From assembly GCA_005222965.1 (NCBI GenBank), contig NJBG01000001.1:896167-960166 (forward strand): a stretch of 64,000 nt of DNA. Reading direction: 5' to 3'. Shown piece by piece: positions 26,341 to 36,281 of the stretch (position 1 is the stretch's first letter; each line of letters starts with the position of its first letter). The position numbers and the translations under genes were made by a program. Source of the DNA: Candidatus Woesearchaeota archaeon B3_Woes. GTDB lineage: Archaea > Nanobdellota > Nanobdellia > Woesearchaeales > B3-WOES. Below the pieces are notes generated by a model. The model was not told the origin of the DNA. It was given only the letters and a program-made list of their open reading frames with translations, and did not search any database.

Positions 26341-27300
26341 ATGCTTATAAAACTAGATAAGAAAGATCGAAGAATACTCTACCATCTAGATTTAAACAGC
26401 AGGCAGACCTACAACCAGATAGCAAAGAAAGTAGGACTCAGTAGAGAAGTCATACAATATAGGATAAAGCAACTAGAAAAAAGAGGCGTAATCAGAGGCT
26501 ACCAGACACTAATTGATGTCACTAAGCTTGGCTATCTTAATTGCAGATTCTTCATAAAGTTCCAGAGAGATTCTCCTGAGCAGGAAAAAGAAATAATAGA
26601 GTACTACAAGCAACATCCAAATTTCTGGTGGGTTGACAGCATCGATGGATTCAGGGATCTAGGAATTGCCTGCTGGGTAAAAAACATCTACGAGTTCCAT
26701 GATATAAAAGAAGATTTAGTCAAAAGATTTGGAAACTTCATTCATGATTTTAACATGGCAATCTACTCGAAGTTTTATATCTACAAAAGAACTTATTTGC
26801 TGGATGATAAAATAGAACTTCCTCCTGTAAAAACAATGTTCTCGCAGGAAAAGGCAAAGTTTGACGATAAGGATATCGAACTCTTAAGATTAATAGCTCC
26901 AAATGCAAGAATGAGTTCAGTAGATCTTTCACAACAAACAGGAATAAGTGTTACAAACATCAACTACAGAATAAAGAAGTTGATTGAAAGGAAAATAATA
27001 GTTGAGTTCAGAGTGATAATTGATCTAAAGAAAATAGGTTATTACTGGTATAAGATAGAGTTCCAACTGGAAGACTTAAACATAAAAAAAGGATTGTTAG
27101 AATACTCTCACAAACACAAAAACATTATCTACGCGTATGAAACAATAAGCGAAAACGACATAGAAATAGAGCTTGAAGTGCAGAGTTATGAAGAGTTCAG
27201 AGAGATACTTGATGATATCAGAAAAACATTCGGCAAAGACATAAAGAAATATCATCACTTATTATGGTATAAGGAGCACAAGTTCCTGTTTATGCCATAA
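26341..27300 (+). CDS. tandem Lrp/AsnC-family transcriptional regulator
   Basis: Two HTH units: LDKKDRRIL...IAKKVGLSREVIQYRIKQLE and DDKDIELL...NARMS...INYRIKKL. Confidence 0.85.
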   Translation: MLIKLDKKDRRILYHLDLNSRQTYNQIAKKVGLSREVIQYRIKQLEKRGVIRGYQTLIDVTKLGYLNCRFFIKFQRDSPEQEKEIIEYYKQHPNFWWVDSIDGFRDLGIACWVKNIYEFHDIKEDLVKRFGNFIHDFNMAIYSKFYIYKRTYLLDDKIELPPVKTMFSQEKAKFDDKDIELLRLIAPNARMSSVDLSQQTGISVTNINYRIKKLIERKIIVEFRVIIDLKKIGYYWYKIEFQLEDLNIKKGLLEYSHKHKNIIYAYETISENDIEIELEVQSYEEFREILDDIRKTFGKDIKKYHHLLWYKEHKFLFMP

Positions 27301-27376
27301 TCCAAAAACTTCAAAAGAAATCTTCACAAGACTTAAAGCAATACCAAATGTCTTAGATATCTTCTTTGTCTAGTTT
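27299..27376 (+). repeat. 78-bp direct repeat, right copy
   Basis: Duplicate of the RSH 3' end with one A>G change. Confidence 0.92.
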
Positions 27377-27421
27377 ATAAAAACATTTAAATACATTCTT
27401 CTACAGTAGTAGACTAGTAAA

Positions 27422-30073
27422 ATGCCTGATTACCATACTAAATCAATTGAAGAAACTCTGAAAAACCTGGAAACAAAAGATAAAGGGCTGACTCAGGAAG
27501 AAGCAAACAAAAGATTGATTAGATATGGCCCTAATGAAATAAAAGACACAGAACAAATATCTCCATTAAATATATTTATTTCACAATTCAAAAGCTTTCT
27601 TGTAGCAATCTTATTCATAGCTGTTATAGTTTCATTAATAATAGACCATAAGATTGATGCATTTGTAATAGCAATCATTCTTATCCTAAATGCCATCTTG
27701 GGCTTTGTTCAGGAATATAAAGCAGAAAAATCTATTCAAGCATTAAAAAAACTAGCTTCACAACAGTCAGTAGTACTAAGAGATGGAAAAGAAAAAAAGA
27801 TTAATTCAACAGAACTAGTTCCAGGAGATATCATTATTCTGGAAACAGGAGAAAAGATTCCTGCAGACTCAAGATTAATAGAATCTATAAATCTACACAC
27901 CCAGGAAGCAAGCTTAACAGGAGAATCAACACCAGTAACAAAAGACATAAAAACCTTAAATAAAAAATCACCAGTAGCAGACAGAAAAAACATAGTTTTC
28001 TCAGGAACAATCATAACTGCCGGAAGAGGAAAAGCAGCTGTAATCAGAACAGGAATGGATACTGAAATTGGCAAGATAGCCAAGATGATCCAAAAACAAA
28101 CAACAAAACTAACACCCTTGCAAATAAAATTAAAAAAATTAGGAGAACTACTTGGATTAGCAACAATAATAATCTGCTTTTTAGTTTTCTTCACAGGAAT
28201 CCTAGCGGGAATAGATACAATAACAATGTTCATAACAGCAATATCACTGGCAGTTGCAGCAATTCCAGAAGGATTGCCAGCAGTTGTAACAATTTCTTTG
28301 GCATTAGGAACCCAAAGAATGGTAAAAAGAAACGCACTAATCAGAAAACTGCCTTCTGTTGAAACACTTGGAAGCACCACTGTAATCTGTACTGATAAAA
28401 CAGGAACTCTTACATTAAATCAAATGACTGTTAGAAAACTTTTCATAAACGACAAAACAATTACAGTTACAGGGAGAGGATATGAATCAAAAGGAGAATT
28501 CTACCATAATAAAGAAAAGATTAACATAAAAGAAATTGAATTACTCTTAACAGCAGGAACTCTATGCAACAACGCAAAATTTGTAAACAGAGATATTATA
28601 GGAGATCCAACAGAGGGAAGCTTGGTTGTTAGTGCTGCAAAAGCAGAACTTCTAAAAGAAAAACTTGAAGAACAATACCCAAGAATAGATGAAATAGAAT
28701 TTACATCTGAAAGAAAAAGAATGAGCACACTACACAACATTAAAGGCACAAAAACAATTTATTCTAAAGGCGCTCCAGATGTTTTACTTAATTACTGCAA
28801 TAGGGTATACAAAAATGGAAAAATAAAAAAATTAACACAAGAAGAAAAAGAAAAAATTCTACAAATCAATGAAACATTTGCAAAACAAGCCTTAAGAGTT
28901 TTAGGATTTGCATTCAAACCATCAAACAAACTCGAAGAAAAAAACTTAATATTTATTGGATTACAAGCAATGATTGATCCGCCAAGAGAAGAAGTAAAAA
29001 CAGCAATAGAAAAATGCAAGCAGGCAGGAATAAAGGTTGTAATGATTACAGGAGATTTTAAAGTAACAGCAGAAGCAATTGGCCGTGAGTTAGGAATAAC
29101 AGGCCAGGCAATTGATGGAGCAGAACTAGACAACATCCAAAACCTAAAAGAACACGTTGAAAATATATCTATCTATGCAAGGGTTAATCCATCACACAAA
29201 GTAAAAATTCTTGAAGCTCTAAAAGAAAACAAACATATTGTTGCAATGACTGGAGATGGTGTTAATGATGCTCCTGCAATAAAAAAAGCAGATATAGGAA
29301 TATCAATGGGTATTACTGGAACAGATGTTGCAAAAGAAGCCTCTGATATGATTCTAATTGATGATAATTTTGCTTCAATTGTAAATGCAGTTGAAGAAGG
29401 AAGAGGAATTTATGACAACATAAAGAAATTTGTCCAATACCTCTTATCATCAAATATAGGAGAGATTCTAACAATCTTTGTAGCATTAATCATGGCACCA
29501 TTCTTTGCAAATGCCCTACCTCTAATTGCTCTACAAATCTTATGGATTAACTTAGTTACAGATGGACTACCAGCTCTAGCTCTGGGTGTTGATCCTACTG
29601 AACCACATATCATGAGAAAAAAACCAAGAAACCCAAAAGAAAATATAATCAATAAATCAAGAGCAATAAAAATGATTTTTATAGGTATCATAATGATGGT
29701 AGGTACTCTAGGAATATTTAAAATATACAATCCAAACATAAATTTAGTATATGCACAAACAATAGCATTTACAACCTTAGTCATGTTCCAAATGTTTAAC
29801 GTCTTAAACCTAAGATCAGATCAACATTCCTTATTCAAAATTGGTATTTTCTCAAATATGAAACTAATTATAGCAATTATAATATCAATAGCTCTGCAAT
29901 TACTGGTTGTCTATTCACCATTTATGCAAAACCTATTTAGTACAACAACACTATATCTAAAAGATTGGATATACATACTACTTGTTTCATCATCTGTTTT
30001 AATATTTGGAGAAATCATAAAAATATTTAATAAATTAATAAAAAAAAGAAAAAGAATAAGTCCAATACCTTAA
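27422..30073 (+). CDS. P-type IIA (Ca2+-transporting-like) ATPase
   Basis: TGES, PEGL, DKTGTLT, KGAP, MTGDGVNDAPA, QILWINLVTDGLPALAL. Confidence 0.93.
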   Translation: MPDYHTKSIEETLKNLETKDKGLTQEEANKRLIRYGPNEIKDTEQISPLNIFISQFKSFLVAILFIAVIVSLIIDHKIDAFVIAIILILNAILGFVQEYKAEKSIQALKKLASQQSVVLRDGKEKKINSTELVPGDIIILETGEKIPADSRLIESINLHTQEASLTGESTPVTKDIKTLNKKSPVADRKNIVFSGTIITAGRGKAAVIRTGMDTEIGKIAKMIQKQTTKLTPLQIKLKKLGELLGLATIIICFLVFFTGILAGIDTITMFITAISLAVAAIPEGLPAVVTISLALGTQRMVKRNALIRKLPSVETLGSTTVICTDKTGTLTLNQMTVRKLFINDKTITVTGRGYESKGEFYHNKEKINIKEIELLLTAGTLCNNAKFVNRDIIGDPTEGSLVVSAAKAELLKEKLEEQYPRIDEIEFTSERKRMSTLHNIKGTKTIYSKGAPDVLLNYCNRVYKNGKIKKLTQEEKEKILQINETFAKQALRVLGFAFKPSNKLEEKNLIFIGLQAMIDPPREEVKTAIEKCKQAGIKVVMITGDFKVTAEAIGRELGITGQAIDGAELDNIQNLKEHVENISIYARVNPSHKVKILEALKENKHIVAMTGDGVNDAPAIKKADIGISMGITGTDVAKEASDMILIDDNFASIVNAVEEGRGIYDNIKKFVQYLLSSNIGEILTIFVALIMAPFFANALPLIALQILWINLVTDGLPALALGVDPTEPHIMRKKPRNPKENIINKSRAIKMIFIGIIMMVGTLGIFKIYNPNINLVYAQTIAFTTLVMFQMFNVLNLRSDQHSLFKIGIFSNMKLIIAIIISIALQLLVVYSPFMQNLFSTTTLYLKDWIYILLVSSSVLIFGEIIKIFNKLIKKRKRISPIP

Positions 30074-30074
30074 A

Positions 30075-31229
30075 CTACTGCTTTAGGACATCAACCTTAT
30101 CTGTTTTTTCCCATGTAAAGTCAGGATCTTCTCTTCCAAAATGACCATATGAAGCTGTTTTTCTGTATATTGGTCTTCTTAAGTCAAGCTGTTCTATTAT
30201 ATCCTTTGGTTTTAATGGAAAATGTTTTTTTATTAATTCAACTATTTTTTCTTCTGGTATCTTGTTTGTTCCAAAAGTATCCACAAAAACACCAGTAGGT
30301 TCTGCCACTCCAATTGCATATGCCAGCTCAACTTCACATCTGTCAGCTAATCCTGCAGCAACAAGATTCTTAGCAATATATCTTGCAGCATAAGTAGCAG
30401 ATCTATCTACTTTTGAAGGATCTTTTCCAGAAAAACACCCACCACCATGTCTTCCCATACCACCATAAGTATCTACAATTATCTTTCTCCCTGTAACTCC
30501 TGTATCTCCTTCTGGTCCGCCTACAACAAACTTTCCTGTTGCATTTATATGGACTTTTGTATTTTCATCAAAATAATCCCCGCAAACAGGTTTAATTACT
30601 TTCTCAAGAATTTCCTTTTTTAATTCATCTTCTGAAATAATCTCTAAATGTTGTTGAGCAATAACAACTGCTTCAACTCTTTTTGGCTTTCCATCTTCAT
30701 ATTCAACAGTAACCTGAGATTTGCCATCAGGTCCTAGATCTTTTATTTCGCCATTTTTTCTTACGTCTGCTAGTTTTCTTGTTAATTTATGAGCCAAACT
30801 TATTGGCAATGGCATTAATTCCTCTGTTTCATTACACGCATAACCAAACATCATTCCCTGGTCTCCTGCGCCTTGTTCTCCAGATGCTCCCTGACCTTCT
30901 GTAACTCCTATAGATATATCAGGTGATTGCTCATGAATAGCAACCCAAACACCAGCATCCTCATAATCAATTCCAAAATCTGGATTAGTATAACCTATAT
31001 CTTTTAACACCTCTCTGACAACCTTTTGAACATCTGCAAAACCTTTTGTTGTTACTTCACCTGCAACATGCACAGATCCAGTTGTTGTTAAACACTCAAT
31101 AGCAACTCTTGATTGAGGGTCTTGTTTATACAATTCATCTAAAATCCCATCAGAAATTTGATCACATACTTTATCTGGATGACCTTCTGTTACTGATTCA
31201 GATGTAAATAAAAAATTTTTTTGTTCCAT
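30075..31229 (-). CDS. metK: S-adenosylmethionine synthetase, bacterial/eukaryotic type
   Basis: [42 protein letters not shown]. Confidence 0.96.
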   Translation of the reverse strand: MEQKNFLFTSESVTEGHPDKVCDQISDGILDELYKQDPQSRVAIECLTTTGSVHVAGEVTTKGFADVQKVVREVLKDIGYTNPDFGIDYEDAGVWVAIHEQSPDISIGVTEGQGASGEQGAGDQGMMFGYACNETEELMPLPISLAHKLTRKLADVRKNGEIKDLGPDGKSQVTVEYEDGKPKRVEAVVIAQQHLEIISEDELKKEILEKVIKPVCGDYFDENTKVHINATGKFVVGGPEGDTGVTGRKIIVDTYGGMGRHGGGCFSGKDPSKVDRSATYAARYIAKNLVAAGLADRCEVELAYAIGVAEPTGVFVDTFGTNKIPEEKIVELIKKHFPLKPKDIIEQLDLRRPIYRKTASYGHFGREDPDFTWEKTDKVDVLKQ

Positions 31230-31257
31230 TTTAATTCCTCCTTATTTTTTAAAATAT

Positions 31258-31512
31258 TTAAGCAATAGCAACACTAGCAATTGCTACAGCAATTTCAGCA
31301 TTAAATCTCTCGCGAGCTTGATGAAATCTCGCAACTTCCCCTTCAGTTAAATGTTCACATAAACTCTTCACAGCTCTTATTCCATGTTTTGGAAAGTATT
31401 GTACTTTTAATCCTGCCTCTTCTCCAATAAACTTTACTTCAGCACCTATTAAATTATAGCCTGAATCACCAGGCATATTTCCATTATAATCACTTAAATC
31501 AATTGTTGTCAA
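31258..31512 (-). CDS. hypothetical protein
   Basis: TTG start with GGAGGGG RBS; upstream of and co-oriented with metK. Confidence 0.55.
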   Translation of the reverse strand: MTTIDLSDYNGNMPGDSGYNLIGAEVKFIGEEAGLKVQYFPKHGIRAVKSLCEHLTEGEVARFHQARERFNAEIAVAIASVAIA

Positions 31513-31648
31513 TTTTACCCCTCCATTAAATTAATATTAATCTAATTAACACCCCCATTTATAAACCTTATTGACAAAAATATTCCTATAAGAATATTCT
31601 CAAGGATTTTTTAGTAATCTTTAAATAGTAGTTAAACTACTTTAATTT

Positions 31649-32185
31649 ATGGCTTTTGAAATATCCGAGATAAAACCAATAAGGAAAAAACTAGGAATAA
31701 CACAGTCTGAACTAGCTAAACAAGCAAACATTAGTCAAAGCCTTATTGCTAAAATAGAAGCAGGAACCCTAGATCCAACATATTCAAAAGCAAAAAAGAT
31801 ATTCGAAGTACTTAACTCTCTCTCAAAATCTAAAGAACTAAAAGCAAAAAACATTATGAACAAAAAACTAATATCAATTAATCCAGAGACAAAAATTAAA
31901 AATGCAATAAAAGAGATGCGTAAACATGGAATTTCTCAAATACCTGTGTTAAAAAACAACAATTGTGTAGGTTTAGTATCTGAAACAATAATTCTAAATT
32001 CATTCACAAAAAAAGATATAAGTAAAGTTGAAGATATAATGGGAGATTGCCCCCCTATAATCTCAAAAGACACATCAATAGAAATAGTATCAAATCTTCT
32101 AAAATTTTATCCTATTGTTCTTGTATCTGAAAAAGGAGATCTGCAAGGATTAATAACTAAATCAGATATTCTTAAAGCAATATGA
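31649..32185 (+). CDS. HTH (Xre) plus CBS-pair transcriptional regulator
   Basis: RKKLGITQSELAKQANISQSLIAKIE; ISQIPV; GLITKSDIL. Confidence 0.88.
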   Translation: MAFEISEIKPIRKKLGITQSELAKQANISQSLIAKIEAGTLDPTYSKAKKIFEVLNSLSKSKELKAKNIMNKKLISINPETKIKNAIKEMRKHGISQIPVLKNNNCVGLVSETIILNSFTKKDISKVEDIMGDCPPIISKDTSIEIVSNLLKFYPIVLVSEKGDLQGLITKSDILKAI

Positions 32186-33212
32186 GCTAAGCGAATGCAA
32201 CACATCAGGAACAATAATAAGGACTTTGGCGTTTTTTTGGGTTTGTTTTAAGATTATTTGTCATTTAATAGTGGTTATAAAAGCGAAAGGTTTAAATATT
32301 CTATTTAATTATTCTTTTTAAAATGTTGATAACAAAAGTTGAAGATCAAGTGATTAAACAGGCCAAAGAAGCAACGGAAAATCTGTTAAGTTGTTTAGAT
32401 ATAGATAGGTGGAGAATATTGGATGATTTTGATTGGAATCACTTTAGAGTTATTCCTATAAACGATCCTAGGATTGTAAAGAAGCTTGTAAGAAAAAAAC
32501 CAGGGGAGCATGCAAGAGGAACCCTTGTATTAGAACTTGATAACTTTGGAACCGAGAATGATAGGATTGATTTAGTAGCTAAATTCTGCTATACAGGAGA
32601 AGATAATCCTAAGAATCCTAAAAATTATCAATTATGGTCTGGCAGTGGTTCACGTCTTTATCATCACTTAGATAAGACAATTACATTTTTAAAAAAGATG
32701 GGAATTACTAATATCCCTTTCTATCAACAATTTAATGTTGATACACTTGATAAAAACATCTATCCTACTTTCTATCATTTAGCTGTGGATTTAAGAGAAA
32801 GAGAGAGGTATACCTTATATGATATTGATGAATTTCCATTTGAACAAACATTAAATGGGGAAGACGTCCGAATGGATGTTCAAAGAATTCAAAACACCAT
32901 CATCTCAGCTGTATGTTCTGGTGAATATTATCTTGATGTGGATGACCATCACGGTGCTGAGAAAATGGATAAAGCACATAAAGCAATTGAAAGAATAATG
33001 ATTGGAAGAGTAGACAATTATACAAAGAGGGGAGATGTAGTTATTGGAGATTTAGACCATATTGCATTAAGCGATAGTTCAGGTTGGGATGTCGAAAGTA
33101 AAAAACACACACTAAAAAAAGTAGGATTACAATATACCGGTCCCCAAGCCAAATAAAAAAACTTTTTCTCGAATAAAATAATATTTTGGGTAACACCCAT
33201 TAAACAAAGTAT
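32184..33212 (-). mobile_element. partial palindrome-bounded cassette, element 3
   Basis: A-like site 33188-33212; GTTGCATTCGCTTAGCTC (reverse complement of 32184-32201) resembles 9902-9923. Confidence 0.4.
32323..33156 (+). CDS. hypothetical protein
   Basis: 277-aa ORF with TTTAAATA box upstream; no recognised family. Confidence 0.65.
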   Translation: MLITKVEDQVIKQAKEATENLLSCLDIDRWRILDDFDWNHFRVIPINDPRIVKKLVRKKPGEHARGTLVLELDNFGTENDRIDLVAKFCYTGEDNPKNPKNYQLWSGSGSRLYHHLDKTITFLKKMGITNIPFYQQFNVDTLDKNIYPTFYHLAVDLRERERYTLYDIDEFPFEQTLNGEDVRMDVQRIQNTIISAVCSGEYYLDVDDHHGAEKMDKAHKAIERIMIGRVDNYTKRGDVVIGDLDHIALSDSSGWDVESKKHTLKKVGLQYTGPQAK

Positions 33213-33361
33213 CCTTCCTTTAGAGTCTGAAAATCAATCGAAAGTTTTTTAAATAAATTCATTTCATAAATCTAGTTAATTTTCATGCAAAGCCACCAAT
33301 ATGAAAAGATATTTAAACTAACAGGTTTCGTTATTTTTCAAATATAAAGGAGGTAAACAAA

Positions 33362-33409
33362 ATGGGATGTGACGGATGTAGTTCAGATGATGATAAAGAT
33401 AAAGATTGA
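33362..33409 (+). CDS. candidate 15-aa CxxC micropeptide (MGCDGCSSDDDKDKD)
   Basis: GGAGGT RBS; TATA-like box ~50 nt upstream. Confidence 0.3.
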   Translation: MGCDGCSSDDDKDKD

Positions 33410-33448
33410 GGCATAGAAACTTTTTTAAATAACATAAAAATGCCTTAC

Positions 33449-33473
33449 ATAGACTAAATATGATTTAGTCTAT
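33449..33473. promoter_or_regulatory. perfect 11-bp inverted repeat immediately upstream of tRNA-Ile
   Basis: ATAGACTAAAT-atg-ATTTAGTCTAT. Confidence 0.45.
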
Positions 33474-33479
33474 AATAAT

Positions 33480-33782
33480 GAGCCCATAGCTCAGTCTGGA
33501 GAAATAAGCGATTGGACCCAACTTTTAATATTGTTCCAATAATTGCTTTTCTTTGTTGATGAAAGTGTTCTGCATTTTTATCATGAAATGAGCTTGCTTG
33601 TTTCGGGCAATTAGAGCGCCGGTCTTATATGGCCGCTTTCGGTTCAATCTAGGAAAGCCGGAGGTCGGGGATTCAAATCAGCTTAAAAGTCAGCTGGCAC
33701 CTTTGTGGGTTTCGCAACTTTGTTGCTCAAGCCCACTTAGTCAAGTGCTTGGCTTTTAGCTATGAAAGTTCCCTTGGGCTCA
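33480..33782 (+). tRNA. tRNA-Ile(TAT) with three introns (D loop, 37/38, 59/60)
   Basis: GAGCCCA/TGGGCTC acceptor; CCGGT-CT TAT A|A-GCCGG; introns ~33501-33609, 33630-33655, 33678-33768 with BHB-like pairing. Confidence 0.8.
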
Positions 33783-33791
33783 TTTTTAAGT

Positions 33792-33912
33792 GCTCCTATA
33801 GTGTAGCCCGGTCAATCACTCTGCCTTTTCGTGTTGGCAATCAAAGATTCCCAAAATTTTTTGATTCCACCAAAAAAAGGCAGGAACAGGGGTTCGAATC
33901 CCCTTAGGAGCA
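33792..33912 (+). tRNA. tRNA-Glu(TTC) with canonical intron 33832-33877
   Basis: GCTCCTA/TAGGAGC; CTGCC-TT TTC G|A-GGCAG; GGTTCGAATCC. Confidence 0.88.
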
Positions 33913-33943
33913 TTTACTTTTAGTTCATAAAATAGAATTAAAA

Positions 33944-34228
33944 ATGAAAAAAGATAAAGAACTTTTAAAAATAGAATGGGAAAATCATAAAGTGTATACT
34001 TTTGGATCACTTTCTGCTAGTCTCATTATTGCTTTTGGAGTATTATCAAATCTAAATCAACTCAAGGAGAATTTAATTTCTTTGTCTCTTCTAGTACTTA
34101 GTTTTGTTGTATTTATGATAGCTTTTTTTGTCTCTCTCAAAGCAATGGGATCAACATATAAAGAGTTAAGAAATGTGATAATTAACAGAAAGCCTAAGAA
34201 GAACAAACCTAGAAAAAAGAATTTTTAA
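33944..34228 (+). CDS. small two-TM membrane protein
   Basis: Two hydrophobic helices and a basic tail. Confidence 0.6.
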   Translation: MKKDKELLKIEWENHKVYTFGSLSASLIIAFGVLSNLNQLKENLISLSLLVLSFVVFMIAFFVSLKAMGSTYKELRNVIINRKPKKNKPRKKNF

Positions 34229-34271
34229 GAAAAAATGAGCAAAAGAAGATTAAGATGGTAAGTTTGTCAAA

Positions 34272-34676
34272 ATGAAAAAAACAATTTTGTTAATATTGAT
34301 TTTAAGTATATTTTTGATTAATAGTTGTAACTTAAAAAAAGAAGTTAATAATGTAGATTGTTTATTATTAAATGCCCAAAATTTGGGTATAACTCTTGGT
34401 TTTAAAAATCAACATCCTGATTGTAAAACTCCTCAAATATTGGAATGTAAGAAACAAATTGAAAAGAAAATTAAAGATAGTTGTTTTAGTAAATTGTCTC
34501 TTGATTACTGGGATAGTAATCTTTGTGATTATATAGATGACAGAGATGAATATTGGTATTGTAAAGCTGTTACAAAGTATGGTAAAGGAGCTTGTAGCAA
34601 TATTGAAGATATTGAAAAATTAGAATGGTGTTTAAAAGTAAGTGAAGTAGCAGAAATAGAAGGGTTGATAATATGA
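34272..34676 (+). CDS. Cys-rich putative lipoprotein
   Basis: Signal peptide with lipobox-like LINSC; C-x2-I-x7-C repeats. Confidence 0.6.
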   Translation: MKKTILLILILSIFLINSCNLKKEVNNVDCLLLNAQNLGITLGFKNQHPDCKTPQILECKKQIEKKIKDSCFSKLSLDYWDSNLCDYIDDRDEYWYCKAVTKYGKGACSNIEDIEKLEWCLKVSEVAEIEGLII

Positions 34677-34704
34677 AAATAAAAAATAAAGACATTATTT
34701 CCCA

Positions 34705-35331
34705 CTAAAACAATCCTCTAAAGAAATCTATTATTTTTCTGAAAAAACCTTTTTTTGCTGCTTTCTTTTCTTCTACTATTTTATCTTTAGGTATTTCTAC
34801 CATCTTTTGCTCTTCTATTATTACTTCTTTAGAAAAAGTAGTTATTCCTCCTGATGCATCTCTTGCAGTAATCACAACATTAAATGTTCCATTTGTCTTA
34901 TAATCATGTATAACATTAGGTTTATTACTGGCCTTCTCACCATCTCCAAACTCTATTGTATATACAACCATTTCTTTATCCAAATCAGAAACTTCAGCCT
35001 TAAACACAACTTCTGTTTTTCCAGGAGTTGTCAAAACAAACAAATCAACTTCAGGAGGCCGATTAACCTCTATTATATCATCTGCTTCTTTACTAAGGCA
35101 AACACCATCTTCACACTCTGAACAAATCTTCATCTGAGCTTTACAAAAACCATCATGACAAAAATACTCAATCAATTCACCAGGTCTACAGAAATCTGTA
35201 CCTTCATTATCATTATTGTCTTTACAAAACCCTTTTTGTTTGTAGTTTATTCCATTATCATCATCAAAACAAGCAGCATATACAGAAGGAATTAACATTA
35301 TTATCAAAATAAACACAATACCTCTTTTCAT
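34705..35331 (-). CDS. secreted PKD-domain protein with a Cys-rich N-terminal module
   Basis: CFDDDNG...DFC...EYFC...CEDGVC; EFGDG...HDYKTNGTFNVVITARD. Confidence 0.75.
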   Translation of the reverse strand: MKRGIVFILIIMLIPSVYAACFDDDNGINYKQKGFCKDNNDNEGTDFCRPGELIEYFCHDGFCKAQMKICSECEDGVCLSKEADDIIEVNRPPEVDLFVLTTPGKTEVVFKAEVSDLDKEMVVYTIEFGDGEKASNKPNVIHDYKTNGTFNVVITARDASGGITTFSKEVIIEEQKMVEIPKDKIVEEKKAAKKGFFRKIIDFFRGLF

Positions 35332-35405
35332 AACTACATATTATTTTTGATATATTTAAATTTTTGTACTATATATTTATATATCCAAGATTTCTACAAT
35401 ACTAC

Positions 35406-36281
35406 ATGGCCAATATTGATTTCAAAAACAAAATAAAATCTCTACTTAAAGATTTAACACATAAAAAAAATATTATTATTACCAGAAGGGGAAACGCTTC
35501 TATTCTTGAAATAATAAAACTAGCTAAAAATCTAAAAAAAGAAAAAGTTCTTATCCAGGACCAAGGTGGTTGGATAACTTATAAACAATATGCAAATAAA
35601 CTAGGATTAATGTGTATTGAAATAAAAACAGATTATGGATTAACTAATTTAGAAGATCTAGAAAAAAAAGCAGATGGAAAATCAATATTTATTGTAAATT
35701 CATTAACAGGATATTATGCAGATGAAAAAATGGATAAAATCTTAAAAATATGTAATAAAAAACACTGTCTATTAATCAACGATGTTTCTGGTTCTATTGG
35801 ATTAAAACTTGCAAAATATGGAGATATAATGTTAAGCTCTTTTAATCAATGGAAACCAATCAATCTGGGTTTAGGAGGATTTATAGCTTTTGATCAAAAA
35901 ATACCTTCTAATTATGAACTTGTACCCGAAACACAAAAATTAGTTCAAAAATTCTTTGATATAAAAGAATATTTTAATGAATTTGAGGAATATGAATTTA
36001 AAGAAAGAGATTTAAAAAAACTCTATCAAAAAATAAAAGATATTAACAAAAGACACAAGTTTTTCACTAAAAAACATAACCAAATAAAACAAGACCTGAA
36101 AAAACACCAAATAATCCACCCTAAGAAAAAAGGAATAAATGTTATAATAAAATACAATAATGAAGAAGAAAAAAACAAAATAATTAAATACTGTGAAGAT
36201 AATAAACTAGAATATACTGAATGTCCAAGGTATATACGGGTGGATGAACAAGCAATAAGCATTGAGGTAAAGAGGTTATAA
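35406..36281 (+). CDS. PLP-dependent transferase (DegT/DnrJ-like)
   Basis: RRGNASI, LINDVSGSIG, SFNQWKPINLGLGG. Confidence 0.7.
   Translation: MANIDFKNKIKSLLKDLTHKKNIIITRRGNASILEIIKLAKNLKKEKVLIQDQGGWITYKQYANKLGLMCIEIKTDYGLTNLEDLEKKADGKSIFIVNSLTGYYADEKMDKILKICNKKHCLLINDVSGSIGLKLAKYGDIMLSSFNQWKPINLGLGGFIAFDQKIPSNYELVPETQKLVQKFFDIKEYFNEFEEYEFKERDLKKLYQKIKDINKRHKFFTKKHNQIKQDLKKHQIIHPKKKGINVIIKYNNEEEKNKIIKYCEDNKLEYTECPRYIRVDEQAISIEVKRL

Larger units (their letters stand above)
23415..27376. mobile_element. integrase-free genomic islet inserted at the RSH 3' end
   Basis: Three accessory genes between the 78-bp direct repeats. Confidence 0.65.

Noticed and set aside
27493..29784. Several antisense ORFs within the P-type ATPase gene
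   Set aside because: Shadow frames with no motifs or RBS
33816..34010. 64-aa minus-strand ORF
   Set aside because: Overlaps tRNA-Glu in antisense
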